A stretch of 64,000 bases of DNA from Bacillota bacterium (lineage in GTDB: Bacteria > Bacillota > Clostridia > Christensenellales > CAG-917): assembly GCA_023665365.1 (NCBI GenBank), contig JAMPEA010000002.1, positions 5,051 through 69,050 of the forward strand. Reading direction: 5' to 3'. Both the position numbers and the translations under genes were made by a program. The notes beneath the pieces are model-generated. The model did no database searches and was not told the DNA's origin. It saw only the letters and a list, made by a program, of their open reading frames with translations. Below are positions 31,202 through 41,255 of this stretch, piece by piece. How positions within the stretch are numbered: the stretch's first letter is position 1; every line of letters begins with the position of its first letter.

Positions 31202-34200
31202 ATGAGCAAAAAAATGATGAAGAAAAGCACAATTACGGCGGGCGTTGTTCTGTTTGCCGCTGTGCTTTGTTTTACGTTGGTGTTTAGCCTCTCGTTTAAA
31301 ATTTTTGAGGGGGGGGGGGGGCATTGCTGCCGCTGAAAAATTGACTGCGTCAATCAAATCGGGCAATAATACCATAGGTTTCGAGGACGGTCGCATTGAT
31401 TGTATAGTTGGCGAGCATGGCGAGCTGACTGCCGATTTGTTTACTTTTTCAAATTCTGCTGACAAATACGAATGGACTTTGACGGAAAATTTTGAAAACG
31501 GAATTGCCACACAGTACAATCATCAAATTTATACAAAACACAACGCGAATGATGATCTCTTAATTCAAGAAGTCAATGATTCGAGTTTTATTTTTAAGTT
31601 TGGAATTAATGCATGGGGCGAACAACTTCTGGGGAATGATAGCGCCGACAAAAACTGGTTTTCAATGGCAACCAACTATAAAATTGATGATTTTTTGAAA
31701 AACTTTATAGATGATACTAATTATAAAGTTAAGGTAGACGCTTCCGCGACAATATCCTCCGATGATACGACACAAGAAATCTATTTCGGCATTGCAGCTA
31801 CAAGCGAGCCATATTCGGGGCAAAATGCCTACGATAAAATGTATGGTCAGAATTGTAAGAGCCAGAGCAATGGTATTTTATGTGACAAAAATTACGTAAC
31901 GACTGATAGAGAATTTAACACCATAGACGGATGTAGCAATAGAGGAAGCGGTTGCAAAAATTGTCCCGGTTATGAATTGACGTTGACGGACGATAACGAG
32001 TACATTGCAATTATGGCTGGCTCGTGGTTTAAATATTTAAAAAACGCGGACGAGCGTACAATTACCATCAGCAAACTTGCATTGAATTTCACTGTGACCT
32101 ACGTCGGAGAGGGGGACTACAACACCGCGGCGAACTCCGTGGGGCTTAGCTACAAGTCGGCGACGGGTAGCTTTGACAACAGCATAGACAATCTCTATGC
32201 AACCTTGATTGCCGACGCGCAGTGGGCGACCGACGAGGCAAAACTTATGCTCAACGTAGAAAACCTCAACGCGTTTGGCAACTCCGTCGTCTTTCAAGAC
32301 GCAGAAGATAAGGAATATTTGCTTACATTTTACAAGGACGGCAAGCTCGCGCTTTATACAGCCGACGGCAAGGCGGGCGAGATAAGCTCCGCTTCGGATA
32401 AGATAACGGCAAATATCAAGACGGAGCTTGACGAGACGGAGATTTATATATCCTACTCGGTCGCTGACGGCAACGGCGTTATTACGATTGAGTTTGAAGG
32501 CTACGACAGCGTAGCAAACTGCTATCCGACCGTTGCTTGGCGTACGGATTTTACGCTCACCGAGCATCCGTATACTAGCCTTGACAGCGTAGACGGCGGG
32601 ACTTCCACTGACACGGCAAATATCTTTATCGACCGCAACGACCCCGACGCTCCCGTGTTTAGCGGCAATAAGCTCGTGCAAAATAGCGACTACACGCTTG
32701 CCGCAAACAGGCAGTGGTTGACGAGCTACAACGGGTTTGCGCCTACGCTCGCATTTGACGACTTCCTTGCAAACGACGATTACAACGGCGGATACACACT
32801 GTACACCGCGGTCAAGCATTTCAATTCCGCTTCGGCTTTCGCGGCTTTTAAAAACACTAACAGCATCGAGAGCGGATATAAAAATATAAACAACAGCAAC
32901 TACAATGCGACTTACAGCCTCGACGCGTTCGCCACTCCCTCTTTCGGTTCGACGGTCGCTATCGACCTGCTGTCCGGCAAGGGCGCGGGCTTGCGCCTCA
33001 TCTACGTTTGGGTCGTGGACCAAGCGGGCAGGGCTTCGCAGTTGAACTCCTACTACGTGCTTGCAGACGCTACAAATTACAGCGTGTCGGCAAGTATTGA
33101 CAGTGCGTCCACAGGCACGGTCTCGGCAAGCGGCACAAGCGTGAAGCGCGGGGAGTCTGTAACGTTTACAATTACGCTCCAAAGCGGCTACGTTCCATAT
33201 CGCTTTAAAAACGGAAGTGCCGACTTGCTCGTCAACGACACCGCTAATCAAGCCCTCGTAAAGGCGGACGCCGATAATGATTTAGTTTCGGTCGCGCACA
33301 CCGACGACAGTGATACCTATGTCGTCACGTACACGTTCGAGGACGACTCGATTGACGAGCTTTCTACAACTGCGTTTAGTTTCACTGCCTCCGCAAGGAA
33401 GAAGGTCGTCATCGCAAGTCTCAATACAAGCTATACGACGACCTACGGCATCGCGGTCGATTTGAATGATAACCTCACTGTCAACGACGACACGGCAAAA
33501 AGCCTCTTTGCATTCACCTATTACAACGAAAACGGCAATACGCTTTTTGGGGACGGCACGTCCGCGCCCGTGGACGCGGGCTCGTATAGCGCGGCAGTCT
33601 CTTTCCCGAGCGACAACGCCTCGTACGTGCTATCGTCGTCGCTAAGCGACAGAATTTCTATCACAGTCAACAAAATCAGCGTGACGATTACGCCAAACGC
33701 AACGCAAAGCTACTACGGCGACGAGATTTTGCTCGGCTACACCCAAACGGGCTTCCGCGCAATAGACGGCGAGACGCTGTCCGTGTCTCTCAAACTCAGC
33801 GGAGTGGGTAGCGGATTTGTAAGCGTCGGCTCGTATAATATCGTCAACGACGGCGAGCTTGTCGTCAAAAAGGGCGCGCAAAATAGCCAAAACTACGACG
33901 TGAAGTTGAACGCAACTCCCGTCAAGCACACTGTAAACAAGCGCAACGTCGCACTCAACGTAACAAGCGGGCAATACTCCGTGGTTGAGTATGGAATCTC
34001 GCCCAATCCCAATGGCGTAAATATCCAATACACCCTCGCAACCGCGGATAACGAGCTTTCAACCTATATCGCTAACGTCGTCAACGGGAAGCTCAAACTG
34101 ACCTACGTGCAGGACACCGACGAGGGCATAAATACGAAACTCTATTCGCGCAAATACGTCTACGACATAACCCTTGAAAACGCAGACGATGACAACGTAA

Positions 34201-35039
34201 ATATCACCATCGGCGATGATGCGCAGTATATCATCTACGTCGGGGCAAATCCCAATCCTACTCCCGACCCAGACCCAGACCCCGAGCCTGAACCCGAATC
34301 TGTCGTCGTCGAGACGGAAAATGCGTCCGTCACCGTCGAGAACGGAAATTCCGTCAACCGACTCGAAATCGAGGAAGTCACGGACGGCAACGGCACTCAT
34401 AGCGAGCTTTGGAATTCAATCAGCGCGAGCATTGCCGATATCGACGACAAAGCCGAGGTGACTTTGATTGTAAAGCTCAATCTCTATCTCGACGATACGC
34501 CTGTCGCAGACCTTAACGGCAATATATCCGTCAGTATTAAAATCCCCGAGGCGCTTGGCGACTTGCAGGACGTTACGATTTACGTCGAAAACTCAAACGG
34601 CGATTTGCAATGCCTCTCGGATTATACTATTTCGTCCGGCAGATTGGAATATGCAGGCGACTGCCTCGGCGCGCTCGTATTCGCCAAAGACAGCGACGAC
34701 AACTCGGGCGACGATAACCCGACAAATCCCGAAAACCCCGAAAATCCTACAAACCCCGACGACCCCGACGATAATACGGGCGATAACAACGGCGATAATA
34801 ACGAAAACCCCGATAATACCGGCGACGACAACACGGGAGATAACACGGGCGACGACAATATCGGCGATAACGGCGGCAATACGGGAAGCAACGTCGGAGA
34901 CAATACGGGAGACGTTGAAAATGCGCCCAATGGCTTAAAGACTTGGCAGATTGCCGTCATAGCCGTCGCATGCGCGGTTGTTGCAATCGGCGCGGCTGTC
35001 GTGACCGTTGTCCTTATCCGTAAGTCCAAAAAGAAATAA
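31202..35039 (+). CDS. large membrane-anchored surface protein (adhesin-like), interrupted by a frameshift at a G13 tract
   Basis: Signal/anchor 'MSKKMMKKSTITAGVVLFAAVLCFTLVFSL' (frame of 31202) stops at 31334-31336. The 1264-aa ORF continues in the next frame from the G tract. MBG-like 'VTITPNATQSYYGDE', 'PNPTPDPDPDPEPEPE' and (N/D)-P/T-G low-complexity stalk, C-terminal TM plus 'RKSKKK'. Confidence 0.75.
31309..31321 (+). repeat. homopolymeric G13 tract (candidate slipped-strand phase-variation switch)
   Basis: 13 consecutive G between the signal peptide and the mature protein. G12 or G15 would fuse the two frames. Confidence 0.9.
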
Positions 35040-35245
35040 GTCAGCAGCGATTTAATCTTATCGTAAAGCCCGTTCCTATGCCGCATATGCAACGCTCTCG
35101 GCGGTCGGAACGGGCTTTTGCATATCTTTTATATGCAACGCTGTTTTGCGTATCGAGAACTATATAATAATCGCGCTAAGCGTGAAAAGATTTGACTATA
35201 TTTTGCATATTATACTATAATTAGCTTGTTTAATCGGTAGGGTGT

Positions 35246-36217
35246 ATGCAAACAAAACGTACGTTATTCGGAAATACAATGCTCCTTTTATGCGCCTTGG
35301 TTTGGGGGTTCGCATTTGCTTTCCAACGCTCGTCGGCGTCCGTCATCAACCCTATCGCATATAACGGATTGCGCTTTATTTTGGCGAGCGGCGTAGTTTT
35401 CGTATTTTTGGTTGTCTACGAGATTATCGGCAAAAAGAAGGGCGTAAAGATTACGCCTTGGAACACGAGTACGTTTCTCGGCGGAGCAATCTGCGGGCTG
35501 TCGCTGTTTCTTGCAAGCAACCTGCAACAGTACGGAATGATTTACACTACCGCGGGCAGGGCGAGCTTTATCACCGCGCTTTATATCGTGCTCGTGCCCG
35601 TGTTCGGACTGCTCGCAAGGAAGAAGATAGGCGTATTCAGCAGATTTGCCATTCCCGTTGCAATAGCGGGATTTTGGCTTATGTGTTCGAGCGGCGACGA
35701 GGGCGTAGGCATAGGCGATTTGCTGGGGCTTGCAAGCACCGCGTTCTTTGCCTTGCAGATACTCTTTATCGATGTGTTCGGCAAGGATTCCGACCCTATA
35801 AAACTCACGCTTGTGCAGTTTCTCGTCTGCTCGCTCATCAGCATATGCGGCATGGGCGTGGTGGGCTTCCCGAGCGCCGAGACAATATCGAACAGCATTG
35901 TATCTCTGCTTTACGTCGGCGTATGCTCGGCGGGCATAGGCTACACCTTGCAGACGGCGGGGCAGAAGTACACCGAGCCGTCCGTCGCCGCGTTGATAAT
36001 GAGCCTCGAATCCGTCGTAGGCATTATCGGCGGAGTTTTAATCCTACACGAGGTACACTCCGCTATGGAGCTGTCCGGTTGCGTGCTGGTGTTTGTGGCG
36101 GTGTTCCTCGCGCAGTTTACGCTCCCGCAAAAGTTTTTGCAATTTGACAAGCGGCAGTTTGCAATAACCGCCGAAATAGCACAAAACGACGGTTTAATTG
36201 CCAAAATCCGCAGATAA
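35246..36217 (+). CDS. DMT/EamA-family transporter
   Basis: ~10 TM segments and a duplicated EamA-like organisation. Confidence 0.75.
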   Translation: MQTKRTLFGNTMLLLCALVWGFAFAFQRSSASVINPIAYNGLRFILASGVVFVFLVVYEIIGKKKGVKITPWNTSTFLGGAICGLSLFLASNLQQYGMIYTTAGRASFITALYIVLVPVFGLLARKKIGVFSRFAIPVAIAGFWLMCSSGDEGVGIGDLLGLASTAFFALQILFIDVFGKDSDPIKLTLVQFLVCSLISICGMGVVGFPSAETISNSIVSLLYVGVCSAGIGYTLQTAGQKYTEPSVAALIMSLESVVGIIGGVLILHEVHSAMELSGCVLVFVAVFLAQFTLPQKFLQFDKRQFAITAEIAQNDGLIAKIRR

Positions 36218-36231
36218 AATAGCGTTTCGGC

Positions 36232-36400
36232 GACTTCGGCAACTTCGTTGCTATGTAACTTTTTAATCCTCTATCAAACTTATAGACGACTTGGGCAACT
36301 TCGTTGTTATGTAACTGTTTTAGTATTCTATCAAACTCAGTGACTTGGGCAACTTCGGCAACTTCGTTGCTTCGGAACTGTTTTAGTCCCATATCTAATG
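36232..36400 (+). repeat. three tandem ~54-58-nt direct repeats
   Basis: Units start at 36232, 36288 and 36342. Shared core 'gactt(c/g)ggcaacttcgttg(c/t)tatgtaact.ttt.a.t..tctatcaaact'. Confidence 0.85.
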
Positions 36401-36517
36401 TAAAGTGGCTTTGATAAGTAGCCTCGTTGCGTCGAAAGCGCGCGGCAAAATTGCATATTGTATTTTCTTTCGTTTTGTAATATAATCATAATATTAAAGG
36501 TATCACGGAGGGGATAT

Positions 36518-37648
36518 ATGGCAGATCAATCTAAAAAAACTTACGTCGGCTGGCAGGAGCTCAAAGAAAAACGCAATCAAATTGAGTATACGCGTCCTAC
36601 GCAACTGCTCGACAGCGACGGAAACGTGCAGGTGCGCGGCGGATGGGCAAGGCACAACGTGTTTGAGTACGACCGCACTTTCGCACGCCCTCAGTGGAGA
36701 GGCAAGGAGTGGGATTTTTATCAACTGTGCGACGGCAAGTATATGGTGCAAATCTCCATTGCCAATATCTCGATAGGCGGATACGCCTCGGCAAATCTCG
36801 TTGACGTCAGCGGCGAGGAGCAAAAGCTCATCACCAGCATGGCTATTTGGCTCGGCGGAAAAAACAAGGTCATTCTCCCTACAAACGGAGACTGCCCCAA
36901 TATCGTCGAGTACAAAAAGGGCAAGTATCTCTTCCGCGCTACGACGCTCAAAAACTCGCGTACTATCGAATTCGTTGGTCCGACGGGTTCTAAAAAGGAT
37001 AGCAAGACTGTCGAAGCCAAGTTCACGATGGACTTGTTCGACGACCACCAAAATATCACAATCGTCACTCCGTTCAAGAAAAAGGGCGAATATCTGCCCA
37101 AACGCTTCTTTATGACAATGAAGCAAAACTGTATGCCCTGCGAGGGCACGTTTAAGTGCGGCGACGAGACGTTTACTTTCGACAAGAAAAATACCTTCTG
37201 CGTACTCGACTGGGGCAGAGGCGTATGGCCCTATAAAAACGTCTGGTACTGGGGCAACGGCGCAAAGTATATTCAAGACGAGGAGGGCAACGACCATATC
37301 TTCGGCTTTGAAATCACTTGGGGCATCGGCGACGAGAGCAACGCTACCGAGACTTGCCTTTTCTTAGACGGCGTGGCGCACAAAATCGGCTCGGTTGACG
37401 TGGAGGTTTTCCCCAAGCCCGATAAGTTTATGCAGCCTTGGCACTTTATTTCCGAGGACGGCAGATTCGATATGACGATGACTCCCTCCTTTGACCACCA
37501 CACGGATATGAACGTCGCAAATATCGTGCGCATGCATACGCACCAAGTTCACGGACTTTGGAACGGACACGTAATCCTCGACGACGGCACAAAGCTCGAA
37601 ATCAAGGATATGTACGCATTCTGCGAATACGTGGAAAACAAGTGGTAA
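36518..37648 (+). CDS. DUF2804-like protein
   Basis: 376 aa from ATG 36518 (RBS GGAGGGG). 'EWDFYQL' and the overall pattern resemble the DUF2804 family; this is from memory only. Confidence 0.45.
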   Translation: MADQSKKTYVGWQELKEKRNQIEYTRPTQLLDSDGNVQVRGGWARHNVFEYDRTFARPQWRGKEWDFYQLCDGKYMVQISIANISIGGYASANLVDVSGEEQKLITSMAIWLGGKNKVILPTNGDCPNIVEYKKGKYLFRATTLKNSRTIEFVGPTGSKKDSKTVEAKFTMDLFDDHQNITIVTPFKKKGEYLPKRFFMTMKQNCMPCEGTFKCGDETFTFDKKNTFCVLDWGRGVWPYKNVWYWGNGAKYIQDEEGNDHIFGFEITWGIGDESNATETCLFLDGVAHKIGSVDVEVFPKPDKFMQPWHFISEDGRFDMTMTPSFDHHTDMNVANIVRMHTHQVHGLWNGHVILDDGTKLEIKDMYAFCEYVENKW

Positions 37649-37671
37649 ATACACAATTTGACGTTTATAGT

Positions 37672-37702
37672 CAGAAAAACGCGGTTTAAACGCGTTTTTC
37701 TG
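37672..37702. terminator. bidirectional terminator
   Basis: Perfect 12-bp stem cagaaaaacgcg/cgcgtttttctg between convergent genes. Confidence 0.8.
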
Positions 37703-37720
37703 TTATATATGGTTTTTATT

Positions 37721-39031
37721 CTATTTTGCGGAGCTTTGTGCTTTTAACGTGTTGAGGTTGGCTTCGAGGCGTTTGATGAGGGAATATACGTAGTCTATGT
37801 CTATCTTCCACTCCTCATATTTGGACTTTATCGTCGATACGCTCAACGTCTTTCTGAACCCGTCCTCCATATAGATGCACTGCTCGCTTAGGGCAATCAT
37901 GTACTCCTGTTCGAGCTTGTTTGCGAAGAAGGTGTTCAGCGGATACTTTGCGCTAAACGTCATATGCAGGCTCTTTCGCTCGTTCACGGACAAGTCGAGG
38001 TATTCGAGAAATTTCTCGCGGTTGTCGAAGTGGTTGTGATATAGGTGCGCGGTGTCGTTGTATATGTATGCGCGTATCAAGTGGAAAAGACATTTGTTGT
38101 GTTGCAAGGTTTTTTCAAGCTCGTCCGTGAGTTTCAGAGTATTTTCAAAGCACTCCAACGCCTTTTCGCGGCAGGGCTTTTTCATATCATCGTCGATGCC
38201 GTCGTTTTTGAGGAACAGAGTGCAGGCAAGCCCGTATACGTCGTAGCAGAGTATCTTTTCGATTTTTTTGATATTGCTATCGGCGTTTTGCAGTCTCTGC
38301 AAAAACTGCTCGAAAACCGTCGTGAAGTTGAAAAACGCCGACGTGGACAGCGGCTTGGACATATTGTAGCTGTCCAAAAACACGTCGATATACGCCTTTG
38401 CAAACTGTATCACAAAGTTGAACTCGGTCGAGCCCGTTATGTTGTTGAGCTGAGCGCGCAGATACTTGTTGTCGTTGTAGTAGTACGCCGCAAGGCAACC
38501 CATAATCACGTATTCTTCGAGCTCGCGCTCGGACACTCCCGCCACTTTGTCCGAAAACTTATGGCGCAGGGTAGTCCATTCGTTGATGATTGTAAAAAAG
38601 TCGTCGCGGAGCTCCTTATTGGACGCTTTCAAATATTTTTCGCAAATCTCCGCCGCGAGTTTTCTGTCGCTATTTTCGCAGGTTCTGTCGCGTTTGAGCT
38701 CCGTCGCCCAAGCGCCGAGCAGGTCGCTTGGCAAGTCGCGCGAGGATTTGTCAATCATAAATATCTGTATGTCTCGGCTTCGGATGCTGTTGTTTGCAAG
38801 GATATATCCCCACTCGAAAAGCAGGTTGGGGCTTATTTGTCCGTTGTAGTCCTCAACCAAGAGTATCGCACTGTTGCACTGATTTATTTGGTCGATAACT
38901 TGCGCGCCGACAAAGACGTCGGTTGGCGAACCTCCGCCTATAATCACGTTATTTTCATCGCTTTGCAACAGGTTTTTTACTTCGTATGCAAGCGACTGAT
39001 TGCCGCCCCAGCCGATAAAAATGTTGTTCAT
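37721..39031 (-). CDS. TIR-like (Cap12/Pycsar-TIR-type) N-terminal domain fused to a ~300-aa helical domain
   Basis: N-terminal ~125 aa carry 'NIFIGWGGNQ', 'AILLVEDYNGQISPNLLFEWGYILA' and 'DLPSDLLGAWATEL', matching PF10137-type TIR-like proteins. The rest is helix-rich with no recognised motif. The SD GAGGAG overlaps the upstream stop. Confidence 0.6.
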   Translation of the reverse strand: MNNIFIGWGGNQSLAYEVKNLLQSDENNVIIGGGSPTDVFVGAQVIDQINQCNSAILLVEDYNGQISPNLLFEWGYILANNSIRSRDIQIFMIDKSSRDLPSDLLGAWATELKRDRTCENSDRKLAAEICEKYLKASNKELRDDFFTIINEWTTLRHKFSDKVAGVSERELEEYVIMGCLAAYYYNDNKYLRAQLNNITGSTEFNFVIQFAKAYIDVFLDSYNMSKPLSTSAFFNFTTVFEQFLQRLQNADSNIKKIEKILCYDVYGLACTLFLKNDGIDDDMKKPCREKALECFENTLKLTDELEKTLQHNKCLFHLIRAYIYNDTAHLYHNHFDNREKFLEYLDLSVNERKSLHMTFSAKYPLNTFFANKLEQEYMIALSEQCIYMEDGFRKTLSVSTIKSKYEEWKIDIDYVYSLIKRLEANLNTLKAQSSAK

Positions 39032-39041
39032 AATCTACTCC

Positions 39042-39503
39042 TCAATACGGGGTTTTATCTGCGAGCGCATTGTACTTTTCAAATAGCGCGAGACATTCGG
39101 CTCGGTCGATGCACTCGGCGTAGTTTTTCAAATTTTCTCTTCCGCCGAGCAGGGTATCGAATTTCTTGTCGCGGAAGCCGATAAGACTGTTGTCGTCGAG
39201 AGTGCAGCCGTAGTAGACTTTTTCGATATTCGCCCACATACACGCCGTCAGACACATAGGACACGGCTCGCCCGTGGTGTATATCACGCACCCAGACAGG
39301 TCGAAAGTGCCCAGATTTTTGCTCGCGTCGCGGATTGCCTGTATTTCGCCGTGGCAGGTGGCGTCGTTGTTGGCGACAACTTGGTTGTGACCTTTTCCTA
39401 CGACCTTGCCGTCTTTTACGATAACGCTTCCGAAAGGTCCGCCCTCTTTGGACAGTATGCCCGTCATCGCCTCGTCTATTGCCAGTTTCATAAACTCGTT
39501 CAT
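39042..39503 (-). CDS. CDA-fold zinc deaminase, guanine deaminase (GuaD)-like
   Basis: 'CHGEIQAIRDA' (HxE) and 'GEPCPMCLTAC' (PCxxC). Collinear with B. subtilis GuaD, including the C-terminal 'GFRDKKF'. Confidence 0.75.
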   Translation of the reverse strand: MNEFMKLAIDEAMTGILSKEGGPFGSVIVKDGKVVGKGHNQVVANNDATCHGEIQAIRDASKNLGTFDLSGCVIYTTGEPCPMCLTACMWANIEKVYYGCTLDDNSLIGFRDKKFDTLLGGRENLKNYAECIDRAECLALFEKYNALADKTPY

Positions 39504-39688
39504 CGTTTCACCGTATAATAATTATAGCTTATTAGAGTTTATTATATTTTCGTTGCGCTGTCAATAACGGACGAAATTTTAAATGCGCCAAACCTGTGCA
39601 TTTTTGGCAGATTACGGCGAGGCGCAAACGGCGCGGTTTAACATACTCGGCGTTTTGGGCATATTATGGGATTATCGCAGGAGGTACT

Positions 39689-40963
39689 ATGAATCCATTT
39701 AACGAAAAACCGATTTCATTGTTTGAAGCATTTGAAAATTGGAAGCAACTCTATCCCATCGCCTACAATAAGTATGAGGTCGACCCTTACACCAAGACGC
39801 GCATAATACTTATGAACGGCACGGAGTTCGAGGCGAATTGGTTTTCGCATCAGTTCTCGCGGCACGTGAGCGATACCGATTTAAGGCGGGAGCTTGCGCT
39901 TACGCGCGCCCTCGAAAAGCAGCAGCAAATCAAAATATCTCTGTTGAAGCCTTGCAACGAAAGTCCGCTCGAACATACTATCGCGTACGAACAGCTCGCG
40001 GTAGATCTCACCGCCGAGCTCGCGCGCAGAGAGAGCGACTGCTACGTCAAAAAAGCGCTCGATTTCGCCTTGCTCGAAGACTTCGACCATCTTTACAGAT
40101 ACTCGGATTTACTACATATGACACAGGGCGTTCTCGCCGAAAGGCTCGTCGGCAGATATACCGAGATTATGCCCGGCCGTCCGACTATCTCGCACCACCG
40201 CTATCCCAAGGACAACGTGCGCAGGTGTATCAACTCCAAATACTCCGACAAGCAGACCGTGCTTTCAGCTATGACTATCACCGCCGCCGAACAGCAGACT
40301 ATGAACTACTATATGAACGTCACAAACCTCGCAACCGACGAAATGTCGCGCAGACTCTATCAGGAAATCGCCCTCGTCGAGGAGGAGCACGTCACGCAGT
40401 ACGAGGACCTCATGGACGCGGATTCGACTTGGTTTGAAATGCTCCTTTGGCACGAGTACAACGAGTGCTACCTCTATTGGTCGTGTATGGTCACCGAAAC
40501 GGATAAGTATATCAAATCGCTTTGGGAGCAGAACCTCGCCATCGAAATCGCCCATCTGCATAAGGCGGCTCAGCTCCTCGAAAAGTACGAGCACAAGCAC
40601 TGGCAGGAGGTCATCGGAGACGGCGAATTCCCTGCGCCTATCTCCTTGCACGAAAATATCGACTACGTGCGCGACGTGTTGAAAAATACCGTCCAGTTTA
40701 CCTCCGTCAGGGAGGACTACGAAAACGTGGACGCGCTCCCGCCCGACGCGGATTTCTTCAAGTATCAAAACAAAATAAATCCCACGCCCGATATAGAACC
40801 CGCGCACTTGGTTATCGACGCGCATATCAGACGCTATGGCATGGACTATCGCTACGAAACCGCGCCCAATCCCGTCGAGCAGTTGCGCAACAGACGCGTG
40901 GACAACACCGACGTCGGCAGAGTCCCCGGCGCCGCGTCCAGCACAGACTTCAAATGCAATTAA
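39689..40963 (+). CDS. ferritin-like (di-iron four-helix-bundle type) domain protein
   Basis: ATG 39689 with an AGGAGG RBS. ExxH motifs 'VEEEH' and 'EIAHLH'. Helical. Family not firmly recognised. Confidence 0.4.
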   Translation: MNPFNEKPISLFEAFENWKQLYPIAYNKYEVDPYTKTRIILMNGTEFEANWFSHQFSRHVSDTDLRRELALTRALEKQQQIKISLLKPCNESPLEHTIAYEQLAVDLTAELARRESDCYVKKALDFALLEDFDHLYRYSDLLHMTQGVLAERLVGRYTEIMPGRPTISHHRYPKDNVRRCINSKYSDKQTVLSAMTITAAEQQTMNYYMNVTNLATDEMSRRLYQEIALVEEEHVTQYEDLMDADSTWFEMLLWHEYNECYLYWSCMVTETDKYIKSLWEQNLAIEIAHLHKAAQLLEKYEHKHWQEVIGDGEFPAPISLHENIDYVRDVLKNTVQFTSVREDYENVDALPPDADFFKYQNKINPTPDIEPAHLVIDAHIRRYGMDYRYETAPNPVEQLRNRRVDNTDVGRVPGAASSTDFKCN

Positions 40964-40972
40964 CCGTCCGCT

Positions 40973-41011
40973 CCGATACCCGTCGCCCCGACGGGTATCG
41001 GCTTTGTTTTT
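40973..41011 (+). terminator. rho-independent terminator
   Basis: 12-bp stem ccgatacccgtc/gacgggtatcgg followed by 'ctttgttttt'. Confidence 0.8.
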
Positions 41012-41181
41012 ACAAATACAAGAGCAGCGTTTTTTAGACTACTATTTTCGAGATGTACTTTTGTAATAACATAATTACATACTAATCATTAAAATGAGTG
41101 ATAAAATACTTTTAAACATTAGTAATGGAGTTATGAATGAAGTAGATTAAGTTAAAATAAATAAAATGTTAAATATTCTGC

Positions 41182-41234
41182 TTGACAGTAATCTAATTAT
41201 TATTTAATATTTATTTGATAACAAAAATGTTATC
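41182..41234 (+). promoter_or_regulatory. TAC operon promoter and palindromic operator
   Basis: TTGACA (41182-41187), 17-nt spacer, TAATAT (41205-41210). GATAAC-N6-GTTATC at 41217-41234. Confidence 0.65.
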
Positions 41235-41255
41235 TAAATTTTAAAAGGAGGATGA

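Noticed and set aside
32037-33251. 404-aa minus-strand ORF
   Set aside because: It lies entirely antisense within the large surface-protein gene. It is Arg/Val-rich with low-complexity composition typical of antisense frames, and has no RBS.
34216-34938. Alternative-frame ORFs in the Asp/Asn/Pro/Gly-rich region
   Set aside because: They are frame shadows of the low-complexity stalk of the surface protein.
36117-36392. 91-aa minus-strand ORF with a repetitive 'NEVAEV' sequence
   Set aside because: It is an artefact of translating the tandem DNA repeats, and it overlaps the 3' end of the EamA gene.
36232-36400. Possible miniature CRISPR array
   Set aside because: The ~56-nt units abut one another and are conserved over nearly their whole length. 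There are no unique spacers and no cas genes nearby.
38045-39184. 379-aa plus-strand ORF
   Set aside because: It is antisense to the TIR-like gene and runs across the deaminase junction. It has shadow-ORF composition, whereas the minus-strand genes have RBSs and recognisable motifs.
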